NCBI GenBank assembly: GCA_035380245.1
Contig: DAOSXA010000001.1
Coordinates: forward strand, 145,925 to 209,924
Direction of reading: 5' to 3'
Source: Candidatus Zixiibacteriota bacterium
GTDB taxonomy: Bacteria; Zixibacteria; MSB-5A5; GN15; FEB-12
Length of the DNA: 64,000 bases
This document shows, in pieces, positions 19,602 to 28,471 of the stretch. Position numbers and translations under genes: made by a program. The notes under the pieces are model-generated. The model saw only the letters and a list, made by a program, of their open reading frames with translations. It did not search any database and was not told the origin of the DNA. Each line of letters opens with the position of its first letter. The stretch's first letter is position 1.

Positions 19602-20207
19602 CTAGCGGTCCTGCGTGCGTTCTTTATCCTGTGGCGGTGGTTTTCTGTCACCCATGGGGGGCGGCATTCTTCCATCTCGACCATCCATTGGCGGTTCGGG
19701 AGGAGTGAACGGATTACCTTCCATGCGTTCGGGAGGAGGGATACGTCCTCCCTGGAAGATGTTAAGAATGAGACCTTTCAGTCGCTCTTCCTGCTCCGGT
19801 CGACATATCTGCCTTATCTGCTCGAAATGTGCGAACAGCATCTGCTGTATTTCCGACTGCCTGGAGCCTATTTCCTCAGCCACCCGATTGACCAGTACGG
19901 TGTCGGGATTATCGGCAAATACCTCACTGAAAAGCTGTTCGTTCAACTGAGCCACCTGAAGTCTTATCGAGTCCGTGAAGTGCATATACTCACAACGCAT
20001 CGTTCTCAGAGAATCAGCCTGCTGTGCGTCGAACTGGAGTTCTTGAATCAGAAAATCCTGTGGATCATTGCCGCGCTCCTGCGGCTGTGGCGGTCGATCA
20101 AAATACTGAAACCAAAGCAACGTCACCGAGACGATGTTCAGGCATACCAGTACAATGATAATTCCGATACCATACCTGGTTTGATTGTTCTTTTGCACCT
20201 CGGTCAT
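19602..20207 (-). CDS. Spy/CpxP-like periplasmic protein with Pro-rich tail
   Basis: 201 aa. TM/signal anchor, helical core with an LxxxQ-type motif (LQFDAQQADSLRTM), and a P-rich C-terminus. Its ATG overlaps the upstream stop (TAATG). Confidence 0.45.
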   Translation of the reverse strand: MTEVQKNNQTRYGIGIIIVLVCLNIVSVTLLWFQYFDRPPQPQERGNDPQDFLIQELQFDAQQADSLRTMRCEYMHFTDSIRLQVAQLNEQLFSEVFADNPDTVLVNRVAEEIGSRQSEIQQMLFAHFEQIRQICRPEQEERLKGLILNIFQGGRIPPPERMEGNPFTPPEPPMDGRDGRMPPPMGDRKPPPQDKERTQDR

Positions 20208-20563
20208 TACTCCTGGGCCAGATCAAGTGTCTCGGAAACACTGGGCAAAGAGTATTCGTTGGCCACTGCTTCCACGTTGTTTCTTCTATATTCATTCCGG
20301 TCTTCCTGGACGTTCCGTATTACCATTATAGTAGTTACGGCATTGAGCAGGATGACAAGCGAAAGCAACGATGCTGCCAGGCGACCTCGAAAAAGAGACA
20401 ACCAGACTGGATTAATTTCGCCGGACTCGGTTTCCTTGATTTTTGCCATGAGCCGCGTGTAGAAATGCGGCCCAGTCTCAATGCTCTCCGTAGTATCAAG
20501 TCCGGCAAGCGTTTGTTCAATTTTACGGTCGATTTGTGCCAGGTCGTTATCAGTTCTTTTCAT
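20207..20563 (-). CDS. Putative anti-sigma factor (single-pass membrane protein)
   Basis: Small ORF directly after the ECF sigma gene, with a central TM segment (LAASLLSLVILLNAVTTIMVI). The SD AGAGGG lies 6 nt before the ATG at 20563. Assignment is by position only. Confidence 0.35.
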   Translation of the reverse strand: MKRTDNDLAQIDRKIEQTLAGLDTTESIETGPHFYTRLMAKIKETESGEINPVWLSLFRGRLAASLLSLVILLNAVTTIMVIRNVQEDRNEYRRNNVEAVANEYSLPSVSETLDLAQE

Positions 20564-20625
20564 ATATAGCCCTCTGTGAAACTTCAATCCTTTGGACGAC
20601 AATCAGCACCGTTACTTGTGTTTCC

Positions 20626-21210
20626 TCATGATTTTTTAACACTTCTCTCGTAATAAGTACGAAGTTTCTTCTTCAAGTTCTCGCGAGCGCGGTATATCAA
20701 AGATTCTACCGCCGACAGCGAAGTTCCGAGAGTGTCTGCAATTTCCTGGTATGTCATTCCGTCGTATGTACTCAAGATCAATGCCACATGCTGCTTTTTA
20801 GGAAGAGAATTCAGAGCTTGGGTCAATATATCGAGACTTTCCTTGTCTTCCAAAATCCTGTCGGGGCCGGTCCATGAGGGCGCCGGGATATCGACAGCCC
20901 TGGCATCCAACCTGACAGTTCCCTGCGATCCGCCGCCTCTTTTCAGGCGGCTGTATTGCTTGAGCAGATCCAGTGATTTTGAGACAGCTATCCGATGAAT
21001 CCAGGTGCCCAAACTGGATTGTTGTCGAAACCGATTGATTGAGAAGTATACTTCAATGAATGTCTCTTGAGCGAGATCCTCGGCATCGGTTTTATCCCGT
21101 ACGAACCTGTAACAGATATTAATCACCTGGTTTTGGTACAACTCCACCAGGCGCTGAAAAGCTCCTGATTTCCCTTCCTGAATGTCACTTAACAACTGCT
21201 CTTCGTTCAT
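20626..21210 (-). CDS. ECF-type RNA polymerase sigma-70 family factor
   Basis: Region 2 (DAEDLAQETFIEVYFSINRF) and region 4 HTH (MTYQEIADTLGTSLSAVESLIYRAR). The likely start is MNEEQLL at 21210. Confidence 0.85.
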   Translation of the reverse strand: MNEEQLLSDIQEGKSGAFQRLVELYQNQVINICYRFVRDKTDAEDLAQETFIEVYFSINRFRQQSSLGTWIHRIAVSKSLDLLKQYSRLKRGGGSQGTVRLDARAVDIPAPSWTGPDRILEDKESLDILTQALNSLPKKQHVALILSTYDGMTYQEIADTLGTSLSAVESLIYRARENLKKKLRTYYERSVKKS

Positions 21211-21382
21211 AAGGAATCCAAGCGACCGTCTGCCCCCTCCAAGATTCGACAACAGGCATTAAAACTGCAAGGGAAAAAGATTCAGGTTTGTTTGATACAA
21301 TTCTTGCGAAATTTATAACGATTAAAATAGAAGAACGTCGTGATTTGTTAACTACAATCCGGTTACCGAGTATGATACGACT

Positions 21383-22360
21383 CTATTCCCGGTAATCCGA
21401 TTCCAGTGTGTCGGCCCAGCTCTCAAAGAATGGATCTCCGGTGAAACGAGTTAATTGCCGGAGTTGTCTGATATGTAATTTATGGTAGTTGGCATCGTAA
21501 TGATGAAAGGTCAAACCGTAGAAACTCGGATTTCCCGGTCGGCGATAAGACGGGATATAGTTTCGGACAGTACTTATCGCTTCCTGAATAAGCCTGTCGG
21601 CATCGGCATTACCCGTCATTTGCCAATAATCGTAAAGCCCGTAAATCCCAAAAATAAAACCGTTCAAGGTCATGCTGGGAATCGGTTCAGTAACGTATTC
21701 CTCGATCCAAAAACAACCAGGCGTATCGTAAAAAACCGTCCAGGGAGTGTACTCCCCACGCGGACGCAGCATGGTCTGAAACACTTCATCGGCCAACTGC
21801 CGATATCGCTCGTCGCTGGTTAATGAATATAAACGACAAAGCGCCGATAACGCCTGCCCCTGTGCCATACCTGAGAAAAACGGCTTCGTTATTAAAGCGT
21901 CGTCGCGGCCGTGTACGCGGTAGTCAAATTGATACGGGAAATACAGGGCGCTGTCGATATGAATCCCCTGTGTCACCAGACAATCGACATACCGCCGAGC
22001 TGTAGTCAGGAATGCCGAATCTCCGTGATCGTGAAACAAATCAATATAGGCCAGCGCTCGGTGACACATCATAACCGGGTGGTAATAGAGCGTGTCATGC
22101 CATTCGAACAGGAGAATTCCCGAAGAATCGCGCGGTCCCGCAGTATCGGGGAGAAGATTCAATCCGGCGTCCGTGTAAGGGAGAGAATCCCAGGGAAGAT
22201 TAACCAGTTCGAATTGGAACTGTACGCACGAGTCCGGATATTCTATCGGTCGATCATCACGTCCTTTGGCTTTGTGGTCGGAATGACATGATAAGATCAA
22301 CAACAGCAGCGCCAGACACACCACTGCCGGTATTTTCAGTGTGTTGGTGTTGAGAGTCAT
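21383..22360 (-). CDS. Lipoprotein with D-glucuronyl C5-epimerase C-terminal-like domain
   Basis: 325 aa with lipobox LILSC. The pattern FFSGMAQGQALSALCRLY...FWIEEY...LNGFIFGIYGLYDYW resembles the C5-epimerase family. Confidence 0.45.
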   Translation of the reverse strand: MTLNTNTLKIPAVVCLALLLLILSCHSDHKAKGRDDRPIEYPDSCVQFQFELVNLPWDSLPYTDAGLNLLPDTAGPRDSSGILLFEWHDTLYYHPVMMCHRALAYIDLFHDHGDSAFLTTARRYVDCLVTQGIHIDSALYFPYQFDYRVHGRDDALITKPFFSGMAQGQALSALCRLYSLTSDERYRQLADEVFQTMLRPRGEYTPWTVFYDTPGCFWIEEYVTEPIPSMTLNGFIFGIYGLYDYWQMTGNADADRLIQEAISTVRNYIPSYRRPGNPSFYGLTFHHYDANYHKLHIRQLRQLTRFTGDPFFESWADTLESDYRE

Positions 22361-22555
22361 GCGAACATATTAGCCCTGTTGGATTATCTTGTCAATCTGG
22401 TTGTCGCACCGGGTCAGCCCGAAGTTTCCGATTGTATTTCATGAGGAGTAATTGCGTCCATGCCCCCGATCGTATAGATTGTATTGGACAGTATAAAGGC
22501 GGGGTCGTCTATTATTAACGAATTGTTTCTTCTTTAAGGAGCCGTAATTCACCTC

Positions 22556-23284
22556 ATGCAAGACAACAACTCCTCCAGAATTATCGAGACACTGTCTATT
22601 TCTTTTGGAATTTTCTTCACCGCCGTGGTGTTGCCGCGATTGTTGATCGACGGCGGTACGCTCAAGATTGCCACCACTCAGGCGCTGGAGCTGATTCTGT
22701 CGCTGGGGGCAATTCTTGTAGTCGGTCGTGGTGATTTCATTGCGTATGGCTTCTGTCGCCCGGCTCGTGATCCTTACGGTCGCATCCAATGGCTGGTACC
22801 CGTCCTGGTTGCGCCGGTAGTCGGAGCTGCAGCTTCTATCCTGACTTTAGCCTGCGGCGGCAGCGGGAATCCAACGGCTAAACAAATGACACTCCCGGAA
22901 ATTATCCTCTTTATCTGGATTCTTTCGAGCACTATCGAAGAACTCTTCACGCGCGGTTTCTTACAGAGCCACCTCGGTCCCATGAACGGACGACGGATTC
23001 ATTTTCTCTTTTGGCATATTGAACTGCCCGCTTTCATTTCAGCGGTTTTTTTCGCGGCTATGCACCTGGTGCTGCTGTTTGCCGGAGTGGACGCCGTTAC
23101 GATGATCACGGTGCTGCTTTTCACGTTTACCATCGGACTCCTGGCCGGGCATACCCGCGCCGGAACCGGAAGTCTCTATCCTGCTATCGGGGTCCACATG
23201 TTGGGAAATGTCGGTGGGATGATCGGAGGTATTCTTTACAGTGTTTACACCGTTCTCAGCGGTGGTCGTCTGCCCGGTCTTTGA
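22556..23284 (+). CDS. CPBP-family intramembrane glutamic endopeptidase (CAAX protease-like)
   Basis: 242 aa, polytopic. Contains the motifs EELFTRGFL, FAAMH and HMLGN. Confidence 0.85.
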   Translation: MQDNNSSRIIETLSISFGIFFTAVVLPRLLIDGGTLKIATTQALELILSLGAILVVGRGDFIAYGFCRPARDPYGRIQWLVPVLVAPVVGAAASILTLACGGSGNPTAKQMTLPEIILFIWILSSTIEELFTRGFLQSHLGPMNGRRIHFLFWHIELPAFISAVFFAAMHLVLLFAGVDAVTMITVLLFTFTIGLLAGHTRAGTGSLYPAIGVHMLGNVGGMIGGILYSVYTVLSGGRLPGL

Positions 23285-23507
23285 GAGGCATGTCATCTTG
23301 TTTAACCCAAGATATCATGTTTAATGCCAACGACTTATAAGGATTCGGAGTCTAATCTCCGATTTTCTCGAATAATTTCTGAGTTACCGCGTACCTGTTT
23401 CAGAACGGCCCGAATAAACGGACCACCGACTGAGTCGGAAAAGAAAACTTAGCCGGATAAAACAGAAAACAACACAGGACTTCGGGGGCGAGGCAGGAGG
23501 TTGGGAA

Positions 23508-23729
23508 ATGAACTTCAAGAATGGACTAAAAGATTTCGTGATCACCTTCGTGGTGATCTTCGTAGTCACCCTGGTGATCGCGGCCGGAGCGACTTATGGA
23601 TACGAGCTGATTGCTCACGGCGACGGCATCATTAACTGGGTAACCTCTTTCTATCTGGCGATAACGATGGGCGTCCTGTACGCGATGGTCAATATCTACA
23701 GCCGCAGAATCAAAGCACAAAACCGTTGA
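23508..23729 (+). CDS. Small two-TM membrane protein
   Basis: 73 aa with a strong SD (AGGAGG) upstream of the ATG and two hydrophobic helices. No family recognised. Confidence 0.45.
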   Translation: MNFKNGLKDFVITFVVIFVVTLVIAAGATYGYELIAHGDGIINWVTSFYLAITMGVLYAMVNIYSRRIKAQNR

Positions 23730-23856
23730 CGGTTGTTTGTTAAACACCGCAGCACTCCTGTAGAGCGGCAGGTTTCCTACCAGACCTGCCGCTTGTTTTA
23801 TGCTATAAACCGCCGGTTTGCCCGATGTGTACGCCTGGACACTTGTTCCGTTACAT

Positions 23857-23979
23857 TGCGGCGGAGACAAGCCCTGCCGCTACGCGTTCAGTGGCTCTGA
23901 CCTCGCGTAGCGGGCGGCCTTGCGTCGCCCGCATTACAGTTATGTCTCGAAGAATATCCGAGCGTATGACTTTTTCAAC
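23857..23979. repeat. Dispersed repeat family A, copy 2
   Basis: Aligns over 123 bp with 10375-10497. The stems are identical and the loops are diverged. Confidence 0.8.
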
Positions 23980-24243
23980 CATTTCTATGAGGATGTAACC
24001 TGAGTTCTCCGCAGGTCGGATCCGTCTTCGAATCCGACCACACATTATCGAAACATCGCTTCACGATCCCCCTTCGGTGGACAGGAGTTTCGACTTCTTC
24101 CATTCATGCGCCATTCTCGTTGTGCCGACCGTGTTCGAGACATAGATTAGGTTTGTGCGATAGGAACGGGTGGCTCCCCCTTCAAACGGATTCCCGTCAT
24201 CGCACAACAATCGCCGGTTAACTTAAATCGAAGGAGCTTGATA

Positions 24244-24876
24244 ATGCGTTCCATTCTAACTCGTTGCTTGCCCATAGCAATCGTTCTTACCGTCGTGGCC
24301 GGGTGGGGCGGAGTGGCGGCTCAGACCGCCGTTCCCGAGTTTTCCGGGGATGTGGTGATCACGAAAGCCGACTCAACGACCGTTCTCGGTCGAATCTACG
24401 TTCACGATCCGCGTGTCCACCGATTCGAAATAACGCCTGAAAACGGCGGAGAGGTGTATCTGAAGCCTTCGTCGTCGCGCGGACGAATCTGGATTCTCAA
24501 TCCGGCCAACAAACAATTTCGTGTGATCGGACCGGGCTTTGCCACCCGGACGGAGCCCTGGACATTTTGGACCGACTACCGCAACGACATGCGCGGCGGA
24601 ACGGCCGGCACGGATACGATATCAGGATTCTCCTGTACGGTCTATGAGTTCAAATATTCCGAGGAGGACCCGATCACGGCCCGCTGGTGGGTGGCCGACA
24701 CGCTGATGCGACCGATCAGGATCGAGGCCGACACTAAGATCGCCGTAGGAGTTGACTCCGCTTCCGCCTTCATCTATGAACCGGTCGCAGGGACTCTGGA
24801 AATTCGCAACATCAAGCTGGAGGACCTGCCCGATTCGCTGTTTGTTGTTCCGGAGGATTACACCGAGACGGAATAG
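24244..24876 (+). CDS. Secreted hypothetical protein
   Basis: The SD AAGGAG lies 7 nt before the ATG at 24244. Signal peptide MRSILTRCLPIAIVLTVVAGWGGVAAQ. No family recognised. Confidence 0.5.
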   Translation: MRSILTRCLPIAIVLTVVAGWGGVAAQTAVPEFSGDVVITKADSTTVLGRIYVHDPRVHRFEITPENGGEVYLKPSSSRGRIWILNPANKQFRVIGPGFATRTEPWTFWTDYRNDMRGGTAGTDTISGFSCTVYEFKYSEEDPITARWWVADTLMRPIRIEADTKIAVGVDSASAFIYEPVAGTLEIRNIKLEDLPDSLFVVPEDYTETE

Positions 24877-24986
24877 CCCTGTAATACCTTAAAAAAAGCG
24901 GAGAGGCAGGGATTCTCAGCCCACTTTGCAGCACAAGTCGTTGAATGACAGCCAACTATCTGCCGGACAACGAGAAACGCAAGATC

Positions 24987-25066
24987 AGTTTCGGTGAGTT
25001 TCGGTTAGTTTGAGTGAGTTTCAGCACGTTTCAGAGCGTCACGCCGTTAGAAAATCGTTAGAAAAG
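24987..25066 (+). repeat. Short tandem direct repeats (5 x 10 bp, then 2 x 11 bp), iteron-like
   Basis: agtttcggtg/agtttcggtt/agtttgagtg/agtttcagca/cgtttcagag at 24987-25036, then cgttagaaaat/cgttagaaaag at 25045-25066. Confidence 0.75.
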
Positions 25067-25268
25067 CGCACAGGATCGCCGCGAGACGGGATGGACCTCG
25101 CTCCCGAACTCGGCGAGCTTGCCGCCGGTTCGGCCGTACACGACCGGTGGGCTCAGCACATGGGGCCTCACTCATTAGTCTCGGCCCGAAGGTGCAGTCT
25201 CCCACGGATCCCATGTTGTCAGCGCTGTAGACAGAAACAGACGCTGTGAAAAAACAACCGTGTTCCGA

Positions 25269-26141
25269 CTAGTGCGATTTTATTCCACTAACCACGTGTA
25301 ATACCGATCCATCAAACCGGTAGGTGCGGTAAGGGGGTATGGTATCAGTAACATACAGAAAGGAAGCATCTGGAGCGATGACCGGGTCAAAGAAGCCGCT
25401 CAATCCAAGAATTTCGGTAACCCTATGCGTGGTGAAATCATACAGAGCGGGCTGCCCCCCGGAGGCGTTGAAGACGAGCTTGCGGTTGCCATCTATCAAA
25501 CTACATCTAGAATCCGCGCCTAAAAGTGGACTACCCGAATCGTCGACCAGCACTGCCTCGCTATCGTCCCGGAGGCTCACGACCTTGATTCGAGTTCCGT
25601 TGTACAGCAAAGAGTCCTTCCCTATAGGTGCCAGGCTGAAACAGAAGTCCATGAGCACTCCGAGGTGCAACTCCTCCAAGGCTCCGCTGTCGAAGTCGTA
25701 AACCCAAACATATGTTTCAGGTCCTTCATCTGTTCTCCCCCCGAAGAGAATGTAGAGCCGTCGTAGTCCGCTGTCGATACATGCCGCGTCTGCACTTATT
25801 CCCAGCAACATCTCCAGTTGCGTCTGCCCGCCGGTGTTGATGTTCAGCGTATGGTATGCAATGTCCTTGCTACCAATGAACAGGGTGCTGTCGTCGAGCC
25901 AATTGACAAACGGCCAATCTGTGCCGCGAGGCCACGACTCTACGGTTGCCATGAGGTCGCCGCTAGGAAGCAGCACCTTCAGGTAAGAGGAGTCATTGGC
26001 AAGTACTACAGTTGCGGTTAGTCCACGGTTAGGAGAAATGCACTCTACAGATCCATCTATGGGCACCCCCCCGACCCTTGCTTCACATGATGCACCGAGT
26101 ACGACCAGTGCAATTGCGACCAAGGCTATAGCACTCTTCAT
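25269..26141 (-). CDS. Lipoprotein, beta-propeller-like; candidate immunity protein for the upstream RHS toxin
   Basis: The SD AGGAG lies 7 nt before the ATG at 26141. Lipobox VVLGASC. Located 64 nt downstream of the rhs stop. The immunity role is inferred from position only. Confidence 0.45.
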   Translation of the reverse strand: MKSAIALVAIALVVLGASCEARVGGVPIDGSVECISPNRGLTATVVLANDSSYLKVLLPSGDLMATVESWPRGTDWPFVNWLDDSTLFIGSKDIAYHTLNINTGGQTQLEMLLGISADAACIDSGLRRLYILFGGRTDEGPETYVWVYDFDSGALEELHLGVLMDFCFSLAPIGKDSLLYNGTRIKVVSLRDDSEAVLVDDSGSPLLGADSRCSLIDGNRKLVFNASGGQPALYDFTTHRVTEILGLSGFFDPVIAPDASFLYVTDTIPPYRTYRFDGSVLHVVSGIKSH

Positions 26142-26205
26142 GATTGACTCCTTTAGCGATAGCACTCCATCAATACGTTTTCTCGCAACATATGTACAAT
26201 GCTGG

Positions 26206-28089
26206 TCAATGTGCCGAAGCAGCACTCAACCACAAAAGAGGCGGCTTAGGCATCCTCCAGCGCGTGTAGAGGAAATACTCAGGCGGCCTCTTATACGAGA
26301 AGCTAGCTTTATTGTGATCAGGCTTCCACGCTTCGGCCAAGCCAGGCTCAGAGTTACATAGCGTTGTAGGGTTAATGTGCACGCCAGCCTGAAATGAACC
26401 ACTCCGGCTAGGGTTCTGCACAGCACCAGGCAGAACCACGTCGAGATGACCGCTCAATTGCTGCCCGCCTGGCAGCACGTCTCCCTTCTGAGCAGCCACC
26501 ACTAGGTGGCCCGAGTTCACCAGATCCCCTACACGCGACTCGGCACAAGCGGACCACTCGCCAGACGAGCTGATGTCGTCGTATAGCTCGTTCGCTGACC
26601 TGGTTTGAGTTATCCCGTCGTCTTTCATTGCCCCTTCGAACGCAGTAGGGAACTTCATGGGGTCAGAAGATGCCGATTCATGTGCAGCGAGGATCTGAGT
26701 GAATTCAATTGTTGTTCTGACACATGCCAGTTTCTCGCCAATATGTTCATCGTGCACGAATTGTCCTGCGTCGGCCATGAACGACGTGATCACTGTTTCC
26801 CTCGTATCATGGTACTTGCCCCATAAGGCATCAGCCTCTACGCTCGACGCCGACAACACGGACGGCGGCAATTCACCATCTCCATCGCTCGAAGAAGGAG
26901 CGACAGTGCTCGGTGATGCTGCCCCCCAACTTGCCGTCCAGGCATCCAGCTTTGCCGCCCCTATATTGGCGAGAGTGGTGCCTGCCGTAAAGGCCAAACC
27001 GCCGACATCCCATTTGCCTTGCCGGGCGCTGTTATAGCCAAACCTTATCCCGTGTCCTTTGAGTCCTCCTATACACCCCAGTAGCTTTCCTTCCGCCTGG
27101 CTCATAAGCGCTAAGCCTAATGCGCTCCAACCTGCGTCACGCCCGCCGTATTTGAAGGCATTGTAGATGTTGCCGACTTGCTTAGCCGCACTGTACGCAG
27201 CATATGCCTTTAGTGCCCAAGCCAACGCAGCGACAGCCCAGTTTCCGTCCTGATCGACCATAGACACAGGGTTATTGGCACAATATACAAACCCGGATGC
27301 GAACTGTGAAGCCTTATCTATAGAGGTGAAACGTCCAAGATCTGAATCATAGTACCTGGCACCGAAGTAGTAATAATCGAATGAACCCTCATCGTCCTTC
27401 TCTTTTCCCGTGAAGCGCATGTCTGTCTTGTAGTTACCCCATGCCTCCATGGTGCCACCGTAAGGGTAATAGTTGTAAAATTGGACCACCGCGGCTGTGT
27501 CAAATATTCCTGAAGGATCGTTCATGACAATCCTCGTGGACCCCAAGTGGTCGCCTATGAAGTAATTCAGCTGAGCATTGTCGTTCTCGTGGAAAGTCGC
27601 AATTCGGCCACTGGGACCGTTAACATATAGGTCTATCACATCATCGTCTTGATCGAACGTGGCGATAAGAGTGCTGCCTTCATACAGATAGTATGTGTAC
27701 ACAGTGTTCTGCTTGACGCACAGCGTGCCTCCACCACCTCCAATCGCCTCGGTTGTAACACCCCCTAATTCAGGAAGGCTATTGACTCCGAATTCTATTC
27801 CGGGCACAGTGTCATCGTCACACTCTGTCCAGTAGTTGTAACGGTACTTCTTCATGATGCGCTGACCGGTGTGGTCGTAGCTACAGTCGACCGTACAATT
27901 GACACCTGGAATTGTGTTTGGGGGCTGCACCGCTCGTGTGACCAGATTGCGATAATCGTAGTACATTGAATCAAGGCCCTTTGCCGAGTCGGCAACCAAG
28001 TTTCCCAGCGCATCATAGTACATAGATTCACCGACAGGCATATCGCTCGTTCTGGCCAATCTCGAGGACCCGGTCGTGGTATCGTACAC
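26206..28089 (-). CDS. RHS/YD-repeat protein fragment: 5'-truncated repeats, RHS core, about 340-aa unassigned C-terminal toxin region
   Basis: YD repeats (YYDALGNLV, YDYRNLV) and RHS core (YYFGARYYDSDLGRFTSIDKA...NNPVSMVDQDGNW). The reading frame stays YD-like (RYYAYNALGNRTQTIFDGDTITYVYD) up to about 28161, where repeat B begins. No N-terminal domain and no SD. Confidence 0.8.
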   Translation of the reverse strand: MYDTTTGSSRLARTSDMPVGESMYYDALGNLVADSAKGLDSMYYDYRNLVTRAVQPPNTIPGVNCTVDCSYDHTGQRIMKKYRYNYWTECDDDTVPGIEFGVNSLPELGGVTTEAIGGGGGTLCVKQNTVYTYYLYEGSTLIATFDQDDDVIDLYVNGPSGRIATFHENDNAQLNYFIGDHLGSTRIVMNDPSGIFDTAAVVQFYNYYPYGGTMEAWGNYKTDMRFTGKEKDDEGSFDYYYFGARYYDSDLGRFTSIDKASQFASGFVYCANNPVSMVDQDGNWAVAALAWALKAYAAYSAAKQVGNIYNAFKYGGRDAGWSALGLALMSQAEGKLLGCIGGLKGHGIRFGYNSARQGKWDVGGLAFTAGTTLANIGAAKLDAWTASWGAASPSTVAPSSSDGDGELPPSVLSASSVEADALWGKYHDTRETVITSFMADAGQFVHDEHIGEKLACVRTTIEFTQILAAHESASSDPMKFPTAFEGAMKDDGITQTRSANELYDDISSSGEWSACAESRVGDLVNSGHLVVAAQKGDVLPGGQQLSGHLDVVLPGAVQNPSRSGSFQAGVHINPTTLCNSEPGLAEAWKPDHNKASFSYKRPPEYFLYTRWRMPKPPLLWLSAASAH

Positions 28090-28161
28090 ATATGTAATGG
28101 TGTCGCCATCGAAAATGGTCTGAGTCCTGTTTCCCAGGGCGTTGTATGCATAATACCGAGT

Positions 28162-28471
28162 GCCGGGTGGCCCAGGGCTTGCCCTGGGTTTCCAGAAGAA
28201 AACTCCCGCTCGTTCTACAAGGCTTCATAATAAATGTAATATACGACAATTGTGTCGTAGTGCAAAGCAGTATGACAGCGAAACCTCGCTGCGGCGCTTC
28301 GCAAATCCCACCCGAGGCCGGGTGGCCCTGGGCTTGCCCAGGGTTTCCAGAAGAAAACTCCCGCTCGTTCTACATGGTTTCATAATAAATGGAATATATG
28401 ATAATTGTGCCGTAGTGCATAGCGGTATGACAGCGAAACTTCGCTGCGTCGCTTCGCAAATCCCACCGAGG
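28162..28471 (-). repeat. Repeat family B, two tandem 155-bp units
   Basis: Units 28162-28316 and 28317-28471 align gaplessly. Each has an internal GC palindrome, an AT-rich core, and ends in a CCCACCC hairpin. Confidence 0.85.
28238..28265 (-). promoter_or_regulatory. Sigma-70-like promoter inside repeat B unit 1, facing the truncated rhs gene
   Basis: Minus strand reads TTGCAC-16 nt-TATATT. The -10 TATATT is conserved in all three B copies. The -35 varies (TTGCAC, ATGCAC, TTGCCT). Confidence 0.3.

Noticed and set aside
24005-24040. tRNA-like T-arm sequence (gtcggatccgtcttcgaatccgac)
   Set aside because: It is only a 7-bp hairpin with a 10-nt loop, with no acceptor, D or anticodon arms around it. 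It belongs to the intergenic hairpin repeats (compare 5667-5688).
25010-25249. 79-aa ORF, and reverse-frame translations of 24916-25268, checked for an integrase or excisionase remnant
   Set aside because: No frame gave tyrosine- or serine-recombinase-like motifs. The ORF has no SD and overlaps the tandem repeats. The region is treated as non-coding.
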